Assembly: GCF_006345805.1 (NCBI RefSeq)
Contig: NC_043019.1
Span: 15,437,360 to 15,501,359, forward strand
DNA: 64,000 nt
Reading direction: 5' to 3'
Source: Octopus sinensis
Lineage: Eukaryota
Below are positions 25,206 to 36,285 of this stretch, piece after piece; position 1 is the first letter of the stretch, and every line of letters starts with the position of its first letter. Below the pieces are notes generated by a model. The model ran no database searches and was not told the DNA's origin. It saw only the letters and a list, made by a program, of their open reading frames with translations. The translations under genes and the position numbers were made by a program.

Positions 25206-25742
25206 ATAGAGTATACGTACACATAAATCTGCATACACACACATACTTTCTCTCACACTTACACACACACACATAGACACACACACATATTTATAGACAC
25301 ATGTTCATAATCACATGCCTGTGTGATGTATGATTAAGGAATTTGCTTAACGACCAGATGGTGCCGAGTTTGCTGCCACTGGGCAACAACTCTGATGAAT
25401 GTTTCCAATTGTAGCCATAAGCATTTTGCTTATAAGGCATTGGTTAAAACCTATGCTTTGCATTTGAAATTTGGTAGACATTAAATAGGTTGACATTTGA
25501 AGAACTCCAGGAATTTAGGTTTTTGTATGAATCCATGAGATTGATCCTTGAACTCTTTTGTTACCGTATTTCTCTTCAACTCTGCTGCCTTTGCTTTGAT
25601 TGATATTGGAAACAATGAAGAATTTGGTGAAATAATGTTGTCATTATTAAGCTTGTGTTTGGAGCATAAATTCTAGTAATTTTGACTCTTAAGTGTTGAT
25701 TAACTTGTCTAATAAGCCCCTCATTTCTGTGTCTGTTTTCAG

Positions 25743-26545
25743 AGAATGCTGTCAGCCATGTTGAAGGTGGCATCTACATCAGTTCAGAGTTCCAGTTTGG
25801 TGGCGTGTACATGGGTGACGAAGATGAACACACTGAAGAGGTTGTACTTTACAGACCTGTCTACGTCTGCGTGCCACACGCAAAACTAAGCCATTCTAAT
25901 TCCGCACTTTCAGACAAGAAAGACAAAGACCAGATATCAAAGGACTCTTCGAAAGAGAAGTTAAAAGCCGAAGAACAAACGAAACCTGCTACCAAAGGAG
26001 AAGAAGCAACAGTGACCAATTCCGAGGAAATTGTCAACCTCAAAGACACTGTTTCCTCAGACGCAACCGATAAAATAAGTTATGCTATGAAAGAAGTGGC
26101 TAAAGTTAATGTCGAAGCCAGTGTAATCTCAGAAACAAGTGCTGCAGACGTGGATGTTACCAGCAAAGAAGACAAATCTGGAGATGCTGTGGAGAAATTA
26201 GCTGTTAGCAGTGAACAAACAGGCGAAGCTGTCAGTGTTGATAAAGGAGCTGTGAAAACAAGCAACAGTAGTAGTAAAAGTGGTGGCGGTGATGCTGACG
26301 GTGGTGGTGGAGGTGGCAGTGGTGGTGTAGAGGATTTAGCTACTCCTAACGCCGTGCATCTCGTGTCTGTCGAGTCGGAGCCACAAGCAGCATCCAGTCG
26401 GAAGACCGACGTAAACAGCATACATCTGTCGAATGACAACTCGCAAATCGACCACTCGGAGACAGCTCAGAAGACGTCGGTCGAAGGAGAAACTTTAGTG
26501 AAAGAGAATTCCAAAACAGCAACGGAAGCCATTATACCAAGTTAA
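25743..26545 (+). CDS. alpha-arrestin terminal coding exon 7 (long low-complexity tail)
   Basis: Acceptor ctgttttcAG at 25741-42; phase 1 continues exon 6 in frame with ORF 25805..26545. Encodes (E)NAVSHVEGGIYISSEFQFGGVYMGDEDE...ATEAIIPS, stop TAA. Total spliced CDS is 1761 nt (586 aa). Confidence 0.9.
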
Positions 26546-26599
26546 TTTCATTTGAATTTTATCCTAACGACTGAGATTTAATAACACGTAAATACATTC

Positions 26600-26679
26600 T
26601 GTTCCACACACACAAACAAACACACACACAAACACACACATACATGCACATTTGCAAACATGGGCACATACATTCATAC

Positions 26680-26750
<71 letters not shown>

Positions 26751-26876
26751 TGTATATATATGTATATATATATATGTATATATATATAGTATATATATAT
26801 ATATGTATATATGTATATGTATATATATATGCATATATATAAATATGTATATGTGTATATAAATATGTATATGTAT

Positions 26877-26933
<57 letters not shown>

Positions 26934-26960
26934 TATATATATATATATATATGTATACAT
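26600..26960. repeat. (AT)n compound microsatellite in the probable alpha-arrestin 3' UTR
   Basis: Starts ~55 nt after the stop codon; AATAAA at ~27014. Confidence 0.9.
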
Positions 26961-27946
26961 GCTCTCACTTTTAATTCCCTGACATTTGCCAATGCAAGAA
27001 CTTCTGTAATTCAAATAAAATATTCCAAATCGTTGGAAGACATGTTCTTCGTTGACCTCTGACCTGACTCAAATATCTCATGCACTCAATGACCTGCTTC
27101 TTATTCATTTTCCACATTTTGAATTTTTCATTTTTCATTCTTTATACAACACACTGATAAACTTCATTCGTTTGGGCTTTTTTCTTCTTTTTGTTTTCTT
27201 CATTTTTTTTTTTTGGTTTTTGTTTAATTAATTAATTTTTTTTTATAAAATTAATTAATTTTTTTAAAAATTTCAATTCCAATTTCAAGTGTTCTCTGTC
27301 TGAATCGGTAGCGCGCCAGACAAGAATGCCTTGTGGTATTTAGAGTTGTGTGTGTGTGTCCCGCCTATGACCCCCCCCCCTCCATTTTGTTGACAGTGAA
27401 TTGGCAGAACTGTTACAGCGTCAGACAAAATTGCCTTGTAGTATTTGTCATAACTTTGAACTATAAGTTCCAAGTTCAAATCTCACTGAGGCCAACATTG
27501 CCTTTCATTCTTCTAGGGTCAATACAATGAAGTAAGAGTCGAGTAATGGGGTCGATTAAATATTTGTATAACGCATAGTCGATGTGAGTGGAATTACACA
27601 ATAGAAGATAAGATGTTCTGAGTTCAAATCCTGCAAGAACTCAAACTTTGAATTCCATCCTTCCAGGGGGAACAACAGACATATAAAACAGAGTACAGGA
27701 GTACAGAGCCAGTGAAGTACTGAGGAATTGATGTGGCTGAATATTTCCTTCTCTGTGAACCAAAAAAAAAAAAAAGAAAAAGAAAGAAAGAAAGAATTTT
27801 CTGGTCTTGTGCTTATGCTAGAAATCCTATTTTTGAAATCTTTCTGGTTTTCTGATTTCAGTTTTTATTCAAATTTCTTTTATATATATAAACAAAAAAA
27901 ATATTTTTTATTGAAAAAGAAAAAAATCTCAGAAAAATTTAAACAA

Positions 27947-27984
<38 letters not shown>

Positions 27985-28501
27985 TATAAATGGAAAGAAA
28001 ATTTGTTTTATGGAAAAATTTTTAAAAATAACTTTACAAAAACAAAAAAACACCAAAGAAAAAGGATTTGTAGTAAGCAACAATCCAGCAACAAGGAATT
28101 AAAGATTATCTGCTGACCAACTGATCGACTGACCAACCCAGAATGTATATGATAAAGTAATTAATCTATTTTGTGCTGTTTTATATCCTGCAGTTTTGTG
28201 ACCAATAGTGTTATTGGTTATTGATTTCCAATGAGCTAATCATTGATTCCCTTTGTTTCTGACGATGAGAGCAACATTTCAGCTTAATTATAAATATCAA
28301 TATTACGCATTTTTTTGTTTGTTCTATGTATTCGATTAGTGGCAGTTTTCTTAATTAAGTGTATATCTGTCTCCAATACATATATACACACCTACATACA
28401 TGTATAGACACCTACATACATGTATACACATACATTCATACATACATGGTGAATTAATGCGGAACTTGACTATAAATTCTCATTTGTATGTTTCATCATG
28501 T

Positions 28502-28805
28502 AGAGGCATGTGGCCTAGTGGTTAGAGAAGTGAACTCATGGTCAAGGGATCGTGGGTTCGAATCTCAAACCAGGCGATGTGTGTATTTATGAGTAAAACA
28601 CCTAAACTCCACACAGCTCCAGCAGAAGATAATGGCGCACTTCTGCTGACTCTTTCACCACAACTTTCTCTCATTCTTTCCTCCTGCATCTAGAAACTCA
28701 CCTGTGATGGACCAGTATCCCATCTAGGTGAGGAACCTATATGCCAGTGAAAACGGGAAACCGGCCCTTATGAGCCAGGCATGGCTCGAGAAGGACCAAA
28801 CAACA
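28502..28805 (+). mobile_element. SINE family C
   Basis: A box TGGCCTAGTGG, B box GGTTCGAATC, then the family body. Confidence 0.8.
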
Positions 28806-30753
28806 TGTTTTATCATAAGTGCATTAGGCTATGTACCTGCAAATTTACACAAAGAAAGAGAAAAAGAAACTGATGTGGCTTCTCCAATTAATGGTACAGT
28901 AAATATTTGTAAGACATTCTGAAGATTCTCCACCTGAGATTCCTTTAGGAGAATAGATGTACACACACAAATGTGTGCATTGACAGCTCAGTCAACACAC
29001 AAACTCAATGGCATATTTACAAACACCAAGAAATCTTTTCACCCAAAAGTCTTGTCACTTTGTTAGAAACCAGCTTGATGTCTCTTAAGAAAAACTTAAA
29101 TAAAACTCAAAGAAAAAATCATTCATATATGTATGTGTGTATGTGTATGTCAGGCTTCTGCAAGTTCTATTTATCAAATTCCTCCCAAAAAGAATGAGGC
29201 AACCTGACTGAGACCATGGTTGATGATGATATATGCCCCTGTGCTCTGGGATTGAACCTGGGATAATGTGAATGAGAAACTAATAATAAAATTCTTATTG
29301 CCATACATTTCTAGAAAATTCTGCAGAAAACCAGTTTATCTGAAGCATTTTTTGGACAGTTCTCCTATGATGGTAACTGGGCACACACTCCGAGTTTGCA
29401 TTCGGAAATATTAACTTGATTTTCTTTTGGTGCAAGGCTGAGCTAGCCATGTGTATGTATTCGTGCATTAGTGTGTGAATGACGACAACGATGACAATGA
29501 TGTTTCCGGCGCCTTACATACAAGTTTTTGCCTGCTTCTTAAACTAGCTGACCCTTGCTTGTTCACCATTAGGCCTTAGGATCTTTCTCTCACTTCTGTT
29601 TTTGAAAGTCTTGTTGAAATATTTGCTGTTAACTCCACCAACATCTACACCTTTGTGGTTGGCTTTTGGGCTCTTGGGCCCTTGCTGGTTTTCATGTTCA
29701 TTAAAGCATCCCTTCCTTTTGTGTGTGTGTGTGTGTGTTACAAATTCCCAAAAAATTACTGGCTCTGCCTCAGAAAAAAAACTGTTCTCCTGTATAAACG
29801 AACATAGGAACATCTACATGGTCATTTAACCTGCTAGAAATCAGAGCTAAACCTCTCTTAAATTAAATTGTAACATCTTGAAGAAGAAGGGACACATCGG
29901 ATATTGTAGTCTTAGATGTACAATATCTACGAGAAAAACAGGATGGTGACAACCAATTTGTTCAAATGTCTACTCACTTCAGTGCTGACTTAATAAACAA
30001 CAACAGCAACAATAACAAAAACAGAGACCTGGAACTCTGTTGAAGAAACGAAGAATCAAAACAAAAAAAATAATAATAAAACCCAAGGCAGCACTAAAAA
30101 AAGCAACAAAACAAAGAAAGTTTCATGCCAGACTTTTAAACTTTCAAGCTGCGATTCCTTTCATTCCAAAAATGACACACCATTAATAATGGTATATGTC
30201 GACAAAACACTAACGATATATTCTTATAAACTTGATTAATTATACCTCAAAGAAATCAATGTAGTTCTTTAAATATATTTTCATTTTTATTTTTAATATT
30301 TCTTTTTTTTTTTGGTCATGTTTTGATCTGTACACAACTAAATATGTTAATGAGCTAATGAGCTGACTTTGGTGTGTTCTGTTGGCTTACTAGAAACTAA
30401 GGGCAATGAATGGAAGGAACATTAATTCCAGGGGCAAATAATATTAACCCCCCCTCTTGGCTGTTATTCATAATTCTTAATGCTTCAAATTCTAAGCTCT
30501 TACGTGAAGAAAACAATAAAACTGAAACGTTTTAATAAGCTTTAAGAATTCTTAACATTTGAACAACATAATTGCATGCAAACAATTATAATATTTTACC
30601 AAGCAATTGTTGCAAACTTATTGACATTGAATATGATACATGTGTGTGTGCGTGTGTGTGTGCATGTGTGTGTGCGTGTGTGTGTGCATGTGTGTGTGCG
30701 TGTGTGTGTGTGTGTGTGATAAACCAGGCATACACGGACATCCACGAGACATC

Positions 30754-31127
30754 TTAATTCACTTCATCAAGGTATTTTTTTCGGTTGTAGATTCCTCTGC
30801 AACTAATTAGAAAATTTGTTGGGGCTGTGATCTGTGAACAATGTCTGTATGAAATAAAATTAAATAAACAGAAAAAGAAATTGAATCTTGAATATAACCA
30901 GAGAAAGAAAATATGCATATATTTATCTTACAGTAAACTTTCCGGGCCATCAAGATGTTTCTGTAACACTTGCTTCGTCAAGTGATACATATAAGACTTA
31001 TAGTGTACAGGGTTTCTGCTGATTATACTTATATCTATCTATCTATCTATCTATATATATATATATCTTTCAGTAGAAATACTAGATACTATAAGCCTAT
31101 CATACACTATATTTTTAATGTAGGCCA
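30754..31127 (-). other. candidate spliced - strand transcript (last two exons; possible 49-aa sORF)
   Basis: Acceptor tctttctttcAG (31129-28), donor GTAAGA (30931), T-rich 87-nt intron, acceptor ttttatttcatacAG (30846-45). ATG at 30990 gives MYHLTKQVLQKHLDGPESLLHCSQITAPTNFLISCRGIYNRKKYLDEVN*. Confidence 0.35.
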
Positions 31128-31250
31128 CTGAAAGAAAGACATGTCTAATTAATCACAGTATTTATGTTTTTACAGCATGTTGAAGAATATATGTTGCCTA
31201 ATTATATGTCCAGAGTATATATATATATGTATGTATATATATATATATAT

Positions 31251-31310
<60 letters not shown>

Positions 31311-31360
31311 CTTGCAAATGGATGCATGACATTCAGCATATACATACACACACACATATA

Positions 31361-31780
31361 TATATACATGCATATATGGGTACAGGATGTCACCAACAGT
31401 AAACGACATGAAATACAAAAGGAAATGAGATTAATATGCAAACGTGAGAAACAAATGGAAAACAGGACAAGTAACACAAAGAACGACCCTTCATCAGTTG
31501 TCAGCTGTCTATCTACTCCTCATTTTGAGCACTGAATGACAATGTGAGTCTTCTCCCATAAGTACTTATGGGAGCAACTGTCTTTGAAGACTCATATTGT
31601 CATTGAATGCTCGAAATGAGGAGTAGATAGACAGGTGACAACTGATGAAGAGTCGTTCTTTATGTTACTTGTCCTGTTTCCCATTTGTTTCTCTTGTTTG
31701 CGTATTAAACTCATTTCCTTTTGTATTTCATGCTGTTTACTGTTGGTGACATCCTGTACCCCTATATGCATGTGTATATA
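31361..31780. repeat. giant fold-back palindrome
   Basis: Arms of ~200 bp, roughly 90% or more identical by eye, meet at AGT|ACT (31563/31564). One 12-nt bulge; (TA)n flanks. Confidence 0.92.
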
Positions 31781-31789
31781 TATATATAT

Positions 31790-31821
<32 letters not shown>

Positions 31822-32554
31822 AGACATACTTAAATACACACACATATATACATCATGTAGGCCAGTAATTTTTGTTTATATCAAGAAATCAGCTAAAAAG
31901 GAAGAAATAAAAAAGAAAAAGGTGACCAATGAATATTTTTCTTTCAGCAATATTTTATTCTGTAATTCAGGTGTTACAAGGGGACAGGAGGAGATTATTT
32001 AAAAAAAAAAAGGGGGACTACACTCATGATTCTTTTTGCTTTTTTAGGGGACTCCAAGACCAGTAGGAAAGGGAAGAGATGAAGTTATCCTTCAGATCAG
32101 AGATTTGGCCCAAATGCCTAATTGTTTGATTCATTTAAAGGTAACCACCTGTCCCTAACAAGGGTCAGGTGATGAAGGTATTATTAAAAACACAGGGCAA
32201 CATATAATTATTTTTAACCATTTCTCCAGCCTTATTTTCTCATATTTCAAGAAGAAACTCAAAGGAACAGAGCTGAATATATACACATTGACTGCATATT
32301 GACCAAATATTGTATATACATATATATAATATAATGTAATATTATATATATAATATATATATATAGTATAATATATATATATATATATTATACTATATAT
32401 ATTATATATAGAATAATATATATATATATATTCATTTATTGTATTATATATATATATATATGTATGTATATATATATATATATTATATATAATATATAAT
32501 AAATATGATATGTGTATGTACATATATATATATATGCACACACACACATATATA

Positions 32555-33854
32555 CAGGGTGGCCCAGAAGTCACGAAAGGGTTTCAATATTTAATATCTC
32601 ATTTGTTTCAAAATTATGATGTTTTAGTAAGTAAGCTATAGAAAAAGGATGTGATATTTATTTCCCTTAGATGTAAAAGATGACATCTTTCAAATGATGT
32701 CCATTTTCCAGTTCACATAAGCATGCTCTTTCTAAGGCATTTTCCATACCAGTCATTAACATTTGTGGCTCCAGTTGTCTAATTTCTGTTCTAATGTTAT
32801 TTTTCAAGATCTGCAATTGTTTGGGGCTTGTTGACATAAACTTTTTCCTTAAGATAGCCCTCGAGAAAAAAAAATCTGGGGCAGTTAGATCTGAAGAACG
32901 AGATGGCCAATTTATTGCTGAAAATCGAGAAATTAATTTTCTCTCAAAAATTTGCCTGAGTGTTCCTTGCTGTGCGAACTGTGGGTCCTACCTGCTGAAA
33001 TCAGACACCAGACATATTCTTGAACTGTTGAACATAAGAAATTTTGAATCCTGGAGTGGTATGCATCACCAATGACAGTAACAGTGTCTCCATCCGCATT
33101 TTCATAGAAATAAGGTCCTATCACCTTTTCTGAAGTCATCTCACACCAGACACTATACTTTAAGGGATGTAGTTCTCTTTGATGGATTGCCATAGGATTT
33201 TCTGAACCCCAAATCATGCAGTTTTGTTTATTAATGAATCCACTCAAATGAAACTGGGCTTCATCTGACATAATCAATTTATGGAGAAATTCTGGATTTC
33301 CTCTTGCTAATTCTTGGAATCTCGTGGCATATTGTAACCTAGCAGCCTAATCTAGTTCTTTCAGCTGTGGCACCAATTGGATTTTATACAGAAAAAGATC
33401 CATTGTTTTAAAAATTTGTTGGGGTGATGTCCTGCAGACTCCAACTCGACCAGAACATCTTCCCATTGATGTTGTCAGGTCTTCTTCTTGACTCTCCCTC
33501 ACACGCCTGACCATGGCTTCGTTTTTAATGGTGTGAGGTTTGCCTATCCTTGGAAGGTCACTTACTGATCCTTGATCTACAAAACGACCAATTAATCGCC
33601 TAACCATTGATTCACTTGGACAATCCATTGCTCCATAATGACAACGATATACTCATTGAGTCCGAATTATTGACCCCTGGTTTTAGTTTTGGTTTGGTAG
33701 CAAAATTTCACGTGTTCACTGTTCAGTAGGGCACTTTTCTATGCTTCAATTTTTATGGTCTTTTTTATATGAATCTGAAATAAAATAAAAATTAAATAAT
33801 TATTAAAAAAGTTATTAAATATTGAAATCCATTTGTGACTTCTGGGCCACCCTG
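32555..33854 (-). mobile_element. decayed full-length Tc1/mariner-superfamily transposon (rosa/DD41D-like)
   Basis: ~42-bp TIRs starting CAGGGTGGCCCAGAAGTCAC, TA on both sides, 1300 bp. Frameshifted transposase pieces: HTH region (33347..33628), SDEAQFHLSGFINKQNCMIWGSENP (32933..33277) and WPSRSSDLTAPDFF. Confidence 0.9.
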
Positions 33855-34130
33855 TATAATACATACATACATACATACATACATACATACATGTATATAT
33901 ATGACATCTTGTCTGTGAAAGAATGAATCTATTTTCTCAATCATTATCATCATCATCTTCATCATCATTATTATTATTATTAGGTTATATTGTTTTTTTT
34001 ACTAACCCTTCTGTTGTCAGAGAAAACTGATAATCATTCGGTGTTCTATGGAATTCGATCTGTTTCCTTGTATTTATTTCAGCAGCAGCAATCCTTCAAG
34101 CTCTCTCTCTCTCTCTCTCTCTCTCCCTCC

Positions 34131-34222
<92 letters not shown>

Positions 34223-34227
<5 letters not shown>

Positions 34228-34498
34228 CGCTCGCTTGCTTGCCGGGTAACCATGTACCTCGCCTACAGCAAGACACCCGTTCCTGTCTCTCTCTCTCTCT
34301 CTGTCTTTATTTATCTATCTATCCATCCATCTATGTGTATCTCTTTCTTCCTCTATCTCTCTGTAGACACTTCTCTCTTCTCTTGCTTTGTCTCTTTCTC
34401 TCTCTATCTCTCTCTCTCTCTCTTTCTGTCTGTCTCTCTCTCTCCCTCTCTCGCTTGCTGCCGAGTGACGCATGTACCTCTCCTACAGCAAGACACTC

Positions 34499-34551
<53 letters not shown>

Positions 34552-34698
34552 ATATATATATATATATCTTATTTATCTATCTATCCATCCATCTATGTGT
34601 ATCTCTTTCTTTCCTCTATCTCTATGTAGCCACTTCTCTCTTCTCTTCCTCCTCTATCTTCCTCTCTCTCTCTCTCTCTTTCTGTCTGTCTGTCTGTC

Positions 34699-34730
<32 letters not shown>
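34223..34730 (+). repeat. tandem duplication of a ~230-280-bp microsatellite-rich unit
   Basis: Two copies of CTCGCTTGC..CATGTACCTC..CCTACAGCAAGACAC..ATCCATCCATCTATGTGTATCTCTTTC. Confidence 0.8.
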
Positions 34731-34733
<3 letters not shown>

Positions 34734-35274
34734 TACCAAATAAACTTATAAAAGGTTTTTGTTGTTTATTTCATTTTCTACTTTGCAAAACATTTCATTT
34801 TCAAAACCAATTGAGCAACTGACCAAAGGGCAAAAATACCTTGTGGTATTTGATTACCTCCCATAACATTGTGATTACAAATCCCATCCAAGTTCACCCT
34901 ACCATCCACCTTTCATATGCCAATAAATAATTAAATACCAATTAACATATATAAATGATGCTGTAGCATGACCGTAGCAACTTAAATGAGTTAAAGATGG
35001 TAAGAAAGCAAAAATCTTACATATTGCAATGGAAATAAGTAATTTCTGCAAGGCAAGAAATACTGGACAATGTAAAACACCCAATAGCTGATGAACATTA
35101 ATAAGGTAGAAACAGCTTTGAACCCTGAACAGTGAAGTTGTATAATAAACATGACAACAACCATCTATGACTGTTTATGTATCTAGTAAGTCTAATTCAG
35201 TTTAATTTATTTACAAATATAGCGATTGTTAAAATCTTTGGATACATCCCATAGGCAACATTGATATACACATT

Positions 35275-35600
35275 GATATACTTACCCATGGACATATTTA
35301 CAAAGTCAGAAAACAGCACAGCTCCCATGACTTTAGGAAACATTTTTTCACGCTGAGAGTTGCTGAAGCATGGAACAAACTGCCTGCATCAGTTCTTAGT
35401 TCTCGGAGCATTGCATCCTTCAAAACTTCCATGCCAACACTACTCCTGATTTTCTCCCCTCCATACACACAAGCAAACATGTATCTGACTCATGCATTGT
35501 TCACTTTCCAGACATTTGTACATTACTGCATGTACTTTATACACATTTTCTGACAAGTTGTGGTGCACCTGAGCACTGTATACAATAATTTCATTATATT
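35275..35600 (+). mobile_element. CR1-like LINE 3' end
   Basis: Encodes FRKHFFTLRVAEAWNKLPASVLSSRSIASFKTSM, then the 3' UTR ending in an ATT-rich tail. Confidence 0.75.
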
Positions 35601-35646
35601 ATATTACATACATATGTATATATAAATATATGTGTGTGTGTGTATT

Positions 35647-35860
35647 GGAGTGGTTGGCGTTAGGAAGGGCATCCAGCTGTAGAAACTCTGCCGGATCAAG
35701 ATTGGAGCCTGGTGCAGCCATCTGGTTCGCCAGTCCTCAGTCAAATCGTCCAACCCATGCCAGCATGGAAAGCGGACGTTAAACGATGATGATGATGACT
35801 GGTGACTGAGACCATTGGGTATGTGCTGTGCTTGAGAGGGACCATCAAGCCAAGTGCATT
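35647..35860 (+). mobile_element. RTE 3'-tail fragment
   Basis: Tail with (GAT)n at 35785-35800. Confidence 0.7.
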
Positions 35861-35984
35861 CATGCTGGTGGCATGTATATATATATATATGACCGTGACC
35901 GACCAGGCTATCAGATGTTGCTACACATCGCTGGTCACAATGCGCTTCACAGTGTTTTACCCTTCAAATGACACCACCCCGCTG

Positions 35985-36175
35985 ACAGAAGAAAGAGTGA
36001 GAGAAAGTTATGGCGAAAGAGTACAGCAGGGATCGCCACCACCACCCTGCCAGAGCCTCATGGAGCTTTATGTGTTTTCGCTCAATAAACACTCACAACG
36101 CCCAGTCTAGGAATCGAAACCGTGAGCCTACGACCGCGAGTCCACTGCCCTAACCACTGGGCCATTGCGCCTCCA
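35985..36175 (-). mobile_element. SINE family C 5' part
   Basis: Near-identical to 6540..6728. Confidence 0.8.
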
Positions 36176-36200
36176 TATATATATATATATATATATACAG

Positions 36201-36285
36201 ACACTTTATTTAAAGCAGCAGAAAATTCAAAAAAACCTGTTACTCTGAGTTTCTGTTGAATTTTCTGCTGCTTTAAATAAAGTGT
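36201..36285. repeat. perfect 30-bp inverted repeat with 25-nt loop
   Basis: ACACTTTATTTAAAGCAGCAGAAAATTCAA at 36201-30 and its exact reverse complement at 36256-85. Confidence 0.95.

Noticed and set aside
28502-28575. tRNA-like sequence with A and B boxes
   Set aside because: It continues into a SINE body seen in several copies and has no complete cloverleaf, so it is a SINE head and not a tRNA gene.
31605-31660. GAAA...TA...CTGATGA in type II hammerhead order inside the giant palindrome
   Set aside because: Stem I and stem III cannot be formed, and stem II needs an extra A and a bulge.
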